From NCBI RefSeq assembly GCF_002571385.2, contig NW_019217789.1:1403876-1467875 (forward strand): 64,000 nucleotides of DNA, in the 5' to 3' direction. The position numbers were made by a program, and so were the translations under genes. Positions 56,701 to 64,000 of this stretch are shown here, in pieces. This stretch comes from Stylophora pistillata. Lineage: Eukaryota. Each line of letters begins with the position of its first letter. Positions within the stretch are counted from its first letter, which is position 1. The notes beneath the pieces are model-generated. The model saw only the letters and a list, made by a program, of their open reading frames with translations, was not told the origin of the DNA and ran no database searches.

Positions 56701-59700
56701 ATCCCTGAGCAACCTTTGCAAAGACTGCATTCCTTAATTCATTAAAAAGAGATGCACTTGTACGGGCTGCTCCATCTGAACATTAAGGAGATAACAAGAA
56801 AGTTGACAGCTAGGTCAATCAAATGAACAGACGATTTTATCAACTTCATCAACTAAAGGGTGTTATCTTGATAAAAAACAATTTCTACTTTCTGTTTTTA
56901 TTGTTGGGAGGTCGAATAACAAAATTAATGATCATGCTTTGGAAATCAATGTGATTGAGGTGAGTAGTCAGTTGTGTGGAGATTCTTTGCATGTTTGATA
57001 GTCAGTTTTTCTCGTTGCCATGTTCCCACCAATAACGTAGCTCCATTCTCTGCCCTTAAAAGCACACACAACCCACAATTCCTCTATTCGCTCTGACGAA
57101 GGGCTAACGCTCGAAACGTTAGCTTCTGTAATCGTTACGGTGGCCAATTTACCATTTCAACTTTGTTGATATATCCAAGTTATTTCGTTACTCCCAACGA
57201 CGCTGCCCCAAACAGTTTCTTTCAAAACTATCAGCCTTTATTCATTGATAGTCAGACCACTGCCTTAATGATCAAAATGTTAAAACTTGAAGATGATTCC
57301 TGAATGCTAGTTTCTATAATTGTTTAACCAAAGGAGCACTACTCACATCCCAACAGCAGTGCTGTCAGCGCTGTAAAGACAGTTCCACCTGCCGTTTGAA
57401 CCAAGGCAGCTGAGTCCATGTTGTTTAGGTAATCAACAGCATACTTAAACAAGAATGGTACTTGTACATTCATCAGCTGAAGGACACAAAGTTTGGTGGT
57501 AAATCTCATGTGTCCAAACAGTAACATTTGATAAGTTACAATGATGTTAATCTGATGGTCACCACACATGACAGTAGTCATCTGGCAAGCAACATTGGTA
57601 TTTAATACTAACCGCCTTACATGTTATCTGACTGTGTACAAACAAACAAATAGATTCCATGCTGCTGTGCATCTGTTCAGCAATAGATTGCAGATAACAT
57701 TAGAATATGGCAAGAACTAAAATATGACAACTGAGTTACAGCTGAGAGATGTTCTTACCACATCTTGACTCTTCAGGCTGTGATTTTTTACATACAAACC
57801 CATGGCAACATGGAATCTATTTGTTTTATTTGATAAAAAGCATGATCAGTTCCTTTACACTTGTGACCCTAATGTTTGAGAAATCAAATGTTAGTAATCT
57901 TAGCAGTCAAATGGTTAAGGTTTGTGTATAAGATTGCCCTTGTACCTAAGCCTTGAAGTATACTATTAATAAAATCTTATGGTAAGAACTCACTGGTGCG
58001 TGTAACTTTACGTACCTTGGCTCCAATAAGCAGAACTACTGCAGCAACTACTCTTCTCTTCAAATCAGGCCTGTCTTTGGGCCAAACATGTTTTAACATT
58101 CTTTTAATTATTGACAAGCTATCTGTGGATGATACATTTTTCAGGCTTTTTGATGTGATATTGGTACCTCCATGCTGTTGTCGCTTACTCACAAAGAGGA
58201 GTCCTGGCTGTTGAAGATGTGACATAGAAATCTTCATGAGAACATATCCAATTTGAATGTTGTTTGTAAAATGAAATCAGTTAAATGAGCTAATCAAGTG
58301 ATACCCAGTATATCAACAGATCACAGAACACATTTTTTTTGTAATTTTTCTTTTTTTTTTAAATATACTCTAGTGAGCAGCACACAGCAACAGATCTTGT
58401 CAACTTCTTTATTTTCTCCAACCAGTTTCATCCAATAACACAGACTTTGTCAGGGAGTATGAACAAGATAGTGAAGGAACTTATTTTATACCTAATCATT
58501 GTGGTACAAATCACGTTCCAACAAGGGTGTGAACAGCAAAAAAACACTCTAAAAATATTAGGTGCAGGATATGACTAAAATCCTGCGTGACGCTAAAAAT
58601 GTGCAATGTTTAATTTTAGAATGAGAATGCTTAATTTTGGGGCTCATGGATTTGATGTTAAATCTGTGAGCCCCAAAATTAAACATTCTCATTAAAAAAA
58701 AAAAAATTTTTAAAAATTTAAAAAAAATTAAAAAACCATCTTTATTTACCCTTTCACTCCCAAGATCTCATTAGTAAATCTCCTTACTGTCTGTGATACA
58801 ATTCTTATGATATTCCTTTAGAGAACTTGGTATCTGATCAACCAATAATCCACTGGTTGATATTTTTCTTCATTCTCATCACTTGTATTCTTGATATTGT
58901 ATTCATTTTGTGAGGAGAAATTCTGTCTTGGTCACTCACAGGAGTGAGAGGGTTTTAAAGTGCCTTAGCAGCTCTGGGAATATTGTTCTCACCTTACTTT
59001 GCCCTCTGATGGGAAAGTGGCCCTATGGTTATCATACTAGCACCTACTTCAAAGGGCAAATATTGCTATCTAAAGGTCAATTTCCTATCCAGTGGATAGG
59101 TATCGACAAAATCTAATGTGCTATCCACTGGATAGAGATGTAACCAGCAGATTGCATTATCCAACTTTCAAAAAACCAGGACCTCCACTTAAACACATTT
59201 TATGAAGAAGGGTACAAAAGAAACCAATGTGTTTTTTTGGGCAAAAACCTCAATTTTCAAAGTGCCTCTAACCACCCAGGAGCAAAAATGGATATGAGCA
59301 AACTGTGAAAGAAACAAGATAAAAATTATGCTAGGGGTAACTTGCAATGGACTAAAATCCCATCTATGGGAAGAAGCAACACTCAAACATACTTTAAGCT
59401 ACATTTGAAACCTTAACATTCCTACAGCTCTTACCGTACGGGAATGCCAACCTCTCAAAAGAAGGTTAGGCACACAGGGCTACAATTAAAACTACTTTGC
59501 AAATAAAAAAATTTGATTAAAATAATGACTTTACCTCACAAGAAGCAAATTTACTGCTCAGAGAAGGTATTATCTTTGTTGCAGCTGGCTTGGGTCTTAT
59601 ATGGTGTCCACGAGAGCCCTTAAATCAAAATTCCAATCATTAGTTTATTAATTTTGTTCCTGAAACATTCAAATTCATGGCACTCTATTACATGTGAGCT

Positions 59701-60647
59701 ACATGTGAATTCAAAATAAAAAATATCTCAAGTAAATGTTAAAAAAGCCAAGAGATAATCTATAAAGGAGTCCTAGACCAGATAACTCACTAGCCTTGGG
59801 AAAAAATTATACAGAATGTACTTAGAAATTTAATGATTTTCCTAATACTTGCTCTCCATCTATGCGATGATTCTTAGCAAGAAATACCCACCCATCCCAC
59901 CCCATGGGAGGACATCCATCACACAGTAATCTCGTGCGAGGGAAATTAACGTCTCCTGCCTCTAACCCTGCAGGAGACGGGACCTCCATTTATTCGTCGC
60001 TGATCACTTCCGCTCAGGTTGTCGAGATGTAAGTCACTGTTACTAACAGTATGCCTTTTCTTTATACTACTCTAACTAGCTCTGGTTGATGATCAGACGA
60101 CCTGATCGATCGAGTAATAAGTTAATTACATAATATCTACTAAAACATGTATTTTTTAAGTGCTTTAAAGGGTTTGTTCGTGAAACTACATAACGTTGAA
60201 TTTTTCAGTAGCCTCCAATGCTCGCTCCATCACTTTTGCATGAAAAGACAAACAAGTACAAGACATGGAAGGGTCAAGGGTCAGTCGATCGTCGAGGATG
60301 AGGGATAAAGTTTACAAATCTCGCTATAACTCATCGCTGCGTTGAAGTCTTTTGTTGACTTCATATATAATTCAATACAGCAAGGGATAGACAACTGTCT
60401 TTCTGGAGTGATGGTACACTTGGCTACAATGATCAAAGATTTTTTGGGGCACGGTTCGTAAAATCATTTAAAATATTATGCTTATTCGAAAGGCACGTAT
60501 AACTTCCCTTACCTGTAGGGCAGACCATCTGTACGAGTATCTAGATCCCGCATTCAAACTTGGCTGCAGGCATAATCGAGGATTAAAAACTCTGTAGGCC
60601 GTTTGTATTTGTAGAAAACCACAACAGGTTCTAAAAACCGGCGCCAT
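50766..60647 (-). CDS. ABCB7: Mitochondrial ABC transporter ABCB7/Atm1, 14 exons
   Basis: Exons 60647-60513, 59618-59535, 58207-58016 ([14 protein letters not shown]), 57476-57347 ([13 protein letters not shown]), 56775-56589, 56491-56410, 56323-56235, 55758-55671 ([12 protein letters not shown]), 54613-54439, 54029-53872 ([26 protein letters not shown]), 53448-53279 plus 53061-52932 (Walker A GGSGSGKST), 52101-51826 ([17 protein letters not shown]), 51020-50766 (IAHRLST, TAA). Confidence 0.96.
55021..55215. mobile_element. About 200-bp piggyBac-like (TTAA-CCC...GGG-TTAA) MITE family, representative copy
   Basis: CCCTTTACACC...GGTGTCAAAGGGTTAA. Related copies at about 4345-4547, 10920-11125, 13561-13770, 26699-27277, 33124-33316, 43585-43790, 46250-46750, 51412-51730, 58747-58955 and 63928-64000. 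Confidence 0.72.
55231..55560 (+). mobile_element. 3' fragment of a second PLE family (Penelope/Poseidon-type GIY-YIG end plus decayed hammerhead)
   Basis: [11 protein letters not shown]...RLCFEAWHI....LNRDDG followed by ACCC-CTGATGA-AGGCACT.agacagg.AGTGTC-CAAACATT-GGGT at 55490-55532. Confidence 0.8.
57006..57244 (+). mobile_element. Solo PLE pseudo-LTR with tail in ABCB7 intron
   Basis: Near-identical to 32605-32835. TSD TTGATAGTCAG at 56995-57005 and 57245-57255. Confidence 0.9.
57090..57123 (+). ncRNA. Minimal type I hammerhead ribozyme motif (PLE-associated), most intact copy
   Basis: GCU-CUGACGA-A-GGGC(UAAC)GCUC-GAAA-CGUU-AGC: stem I GCU/AGC, conserved core, stem II, self-complementary AACGUU in place of stem III, and a GUU cleavage triplet. 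Confidence 0.82.
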
Positions 60648-60900
60648 ATTGTTTCCGCCATTAAAGATTAGGTCAGTTTCTCATCCAGACCCCCATCCGG
60701 CTCACGGCTTACCGGAAGTCTTGGTGGGAACACATGATAAACTATGCCTGCACCACGCTCGACATAAGCCGGGAAAATCCCTCACAATTGTATATTTGGC
60801 TGTCGTAAAAAATACAGAGTTAAACCACAAGCGACCCAAGCGTACTATGTGTGATTTTGGGGTCTAAAGTTCATTAACGGCAATACCTAACGTGGTACGA
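60648..60900. promoter_or_regulatory. Probable bidirectional promoter (ABCB7 / NUS1)
   Basis: Divergent genes, CpG-richer DNA, ETS-like CCGGAAGT at 60712-60719 and YY1-like CCGCCATT at about 60655. Confidence 0.55.
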
Positions 60901-60961
60901 TTTGGGTCTGTAAATGTTTCCTCAGTTTTATACATTTACTGTTGTTCATAGGATGGATCAT
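60897..60961 (+). repeat. 65-bp direct duplicate of the NUS1 translation start (62133-62197)
   Basis: 62/65 identical; the ATG is ATT in this copy. Confidence 0.92.
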
Positions 60962-61009
60962 GTCAATACCTAACATATTAAGATCGAATTTTGAGCGTAG
61001 GTGTGGGTC

Positions 61010-61385
61010 GTTATAAAAAGGAGAAATTATAAAAAAAACTACGAAAAAATTAAAAAGGATAATAAAAGCGAGGAATAAAACATGTGAAGTCTCCTTACTT
61101 TTTTCCGTAGCCACTTTGTTGCCAACGGTTGTTTTAACGCTGTTTTGGCGACTTTCTTTGTAACGCTTTTGGTGTTACCCATGATCAACTATATCTATAA
61201 AGGGAAAAGTTATAAAAAAAAAATTAAGAAAAAATTGAAAAGGATAATAAAAGCGAGGAATATATCGTATGAAGTCTCCTTACCTTTTTTCCGTATCAGC
61301 TTTGTCGTTTACAGTCCTTTTAACGCTGTTTTGGCGACTTTCTTTGTAACACGTGTGGTGCTATCGGTCAACTGTATATAGAAAA
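61010..61385. repeat. Two diverged tandem copies of a unit of about 185 bp
   Basis: Shared AAAAGGATAATAAAAGCGAGGAATA, TGAAGTCTCCTTAC and TTTAACGCTGTTTTGGCGACTTTCTTTGTAAC at about 61010-61195 and 61196-61385. Confidence 0.88.
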
Positions 61386-62135
61386 ACTCAAGTTTGAGTT
61401 AGAAACAAGTTAGAAACAATCAGAAAATAACTAATGTTACCATTTCTTTTTTTGGGACTTATGAAAAAAGTCCGCCTTAGTTTTGCTCGTAAAAAGTTTT
61501 CTCAATTAAATCGTCAAAAAAAATTCAGACTTCTTCTGAACTTGATTATGAAAAAGTGAAAATGGACAGCTTTGAAGTGGCAACTGACCTACACGCAACA
61601 GGGATGTTTCAAACTCACGCTCTTTTAAATTTCTTGTATTACTAGATTGTTTGTTTAAAACAGAGACAAAACGTAGGGAAAATACTCAAACTTCCATTCA
61701 TTCATTTCCCATCAAGTATCAAGTCACTTCTTTTAACCAAAACTCTAAAAGTTTCAGTTAATATTGTGCCACGAGGACACATCGAGAAAATCTTTTTATT
61801 GGTGTAACTGTCACCGTGGAAACGAAAAGGAACAAATTTGCTGGTTTGAAATCATTCCCATTTGATCTAAAGAGCAAAATGAAAATTTATTCCTTCAAGT
61901 TCGGAGATCTTGATGTAATTTTGGGGCTCACATGTACGACACTTGTAGTCTCACTGTAGCAAGTACACATTTTGTCACGCAACGGGTGTTGAAATGCCAT
62001 CTGAGGTTGAACGTGGGCATATTGGGCTTTGACGCATGCTCACACGCCGTCACTTTTGACTGGTGGTTTAGGAAACGTTCTACAAAATAGTAATGGAGTG
62101 GTGGTAACCCTGATTTACTTAGTATTTTACCCACG

Positions 62136-63848
62136 ATGTGGGTCTGTAAATGTTTCCTCAGTTTTATACATTTACTGTTGTACATAAGATGGATCATAGT
62201 TATTTTATTTGACGAAATTAGGAGTTATTTCTCGATCAGTTCGAGAACGTGTACACATGGAAATATTAGGAACGATTCACTAAACCTCATGAAACTTCCA
62301 AGACACATCAGTTTCATGGTTCTAGAGTCTGATATCAGTTTTGTAGACCTGGCTCAACTTATTGTCTGGTCGATGGCTATGGGAATTCCTTACATCAGCG
62401 TCTACGACAGAGAAGGTAGGTCGTACAATTTCAACTTACTTGTATATACCCAGCAGGATGCAATTTGGTTTACCCTAAAATTTTAGAAAAATCGATGCGT
62501 TTTTAGAATCGGTTGTAAAAAGAGTATTCCTCGTTCTCAGGTACTCTTAAGAAGAATGTAGCAGCCCTCTCAAGTGAAATCATTCGGAAGCAAAAAGAAG
62601 TTTTTATGGATGAATCCAGCAAATGTACATTTGTTCTAAGAACAAAAGATGTTAAATTCGATTGTGAGGTTCTTGGTAAGTCAGAGCAATGTATATTTGT
62701 GAGGTTGTAAGGTTATATGATGCCGATAGTTTTTATTTGGGTTTGTATAAGCATGGTTCTTTGATATATAAAATTGTTTTTTATTTTATTTTTTTCGTAT
62801 TACGTATTAAAAATTGAACTCTTCCCTGGGGTCCTAAGTCCGGATTGACATGTTTCTCATATTACTCTGAACTTTATTACGTTATTTCCTCCCCTGCACA
62901 ATAGCCAATTAATGAAGTGTTTCCGGTTTAATCCTACTAGCAAAACCAGAGTGTAATTTTAATCTCATGCTGTGACTCCAGTCTCATACATCAGACATTT
63001 TTGTTGTGTAGAGAAGAGGAGGAGCTATATTCTTTGAACTTTACAGCTATCAGCATCTCATGGTCCAAATCCCATACAAGTTGACCAGACTATATTCGGT
63101 TTTCATTTGTTTTGTTAATTATGTGACCCCTAGAAAGGTTTGTCATATGTTAAGCATGTGACAGGATATCAGATACAGAAGCTGACAAATAAAGATCATG
63201 AAAATCCTGTCATCCCTTGCTATTCTGGGTGTACCTTGTGGTTAAAATCTACTTACCATGCTGGGGTTTCTTCTTTCAATTTTAAGGATCACATGATTTA
63301 TTTTATTCGTTTGCACAGTTTTTGTTTGTATAGAAAACTGCTGAAGCTGACATTTTAATTTCAGAATATTGTTTTTACATTTTTTACACACTGTCCCATT
63401 TTAGGTTTGTCTCTCTTGACAGTATCATTTTCACCACTGTTGGCCATGAGGAGATTGATCTAATAGGTGTTTTTTTCGGTTATGTAAGAGAAAGTTCTCA
63501 TTAAAGCCTGTCTGTCACTTTAAATTTGTTTTCAAACTTTTATAGTCCTTGTTATCATATTTTATGAGTTTGTGTCAGTGCCTCCTTATTGGTGATCATG
63601 TTTATCTTTCCCCAAATTTTCTGCAGTGTTGTTGACACTATTTGATCTAGGGTCAAAACTTAGTGGCTTAGTTTATTTTGTTGCCATTCATTCTGTAGCA
63701 CCAACACAAGTGTGTATCAGCTTGCTGTCTGAGCAGGATGGAAAGGGAGACATTGTTGATGCTGCAAGGGAGTTTTGCAAGGGAGTCCAACTGAAGCATA
63801 GAACACCTAAAGAAATGGAGCCAGACATTTTCAATGGTATTCTTAAAG
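62136..63848 (+). CDS. NUS1: Dehydrodolichyl diphosphate synthase complex subunit NUS1 (NgBR), 3'-incomplete
   Basis: Exons 62136-62415 (KLPRHISF...DLAQLIVWSMAMGIPYISVYDREG), 62541-62675 and 63699-63848 (LLSEQDGKGDIVDAAREFC). The gene continues past the window. Confidence 0.9.
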
Positions 63849-64000
63849 GTAAGTGGTGTGGAAGGAAAGGAAAGGAAATTTAATCACTGTTTGATCATTT
63901 GCACAGTAGGTGGGAGGTAGCATCAACCATTCAACTCCCAGAAGTGATTAACATGCAACTTCTCCCTGAAGCACGTGTGCATTGTCCAGAAAACTGGTGA

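Overview
Eukaryotic, AT-rich, intron-rich animal DNA. The repeat families and gene set suggest a scleractinian coral or other anthozoan (inference). Eight spliced protein-coding loci can be traced by hand: myosin VI (+, 5' end outside the window, stop at 18319); a C8-type tetraspanin (-), head-to-head with an ankyrin-repeat gene carrying a possible SOCS-like box (+); a secreted tyrosinase-like type-3 copper protein with an intronless CDS (-); a tandem pair of GPR157/cAMP-receptor-like GPCRs (+), the second with an in-frame TAG; ABCB7 (-); and NUS1 (+, running off the 3' end), head-to-head with ABCB7. Introns and intergenic DNA are full of tRNA-derived SINEs, CR1/L2-type LINE tails, several MITE families and Penelope-like elements (PLEs). 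The most striking system is one PLE family carrying a minimal hammerhead ribozyme. It has left a graded series of insertions bounded by target-site duplications (TSDs): a GIY-YIG endonuclease cassette between 192-bp inverted arms, pure fold-back hairpins, a solo pseudo-LTR, a ~96-nt ribozyme-only insert and a ribozyme-derived minisatellite. Every recognisable intronic ribozyme core is antisense to its host gene. Other highlights are an apparent absence of insert-1 in this myosin VI and a 65-bp ATG-less duplicate of the NUS1 start inside the ABCB7/NUS1 bidirectional region. All coordinates and comparisons were made by eye; no database searches were run.
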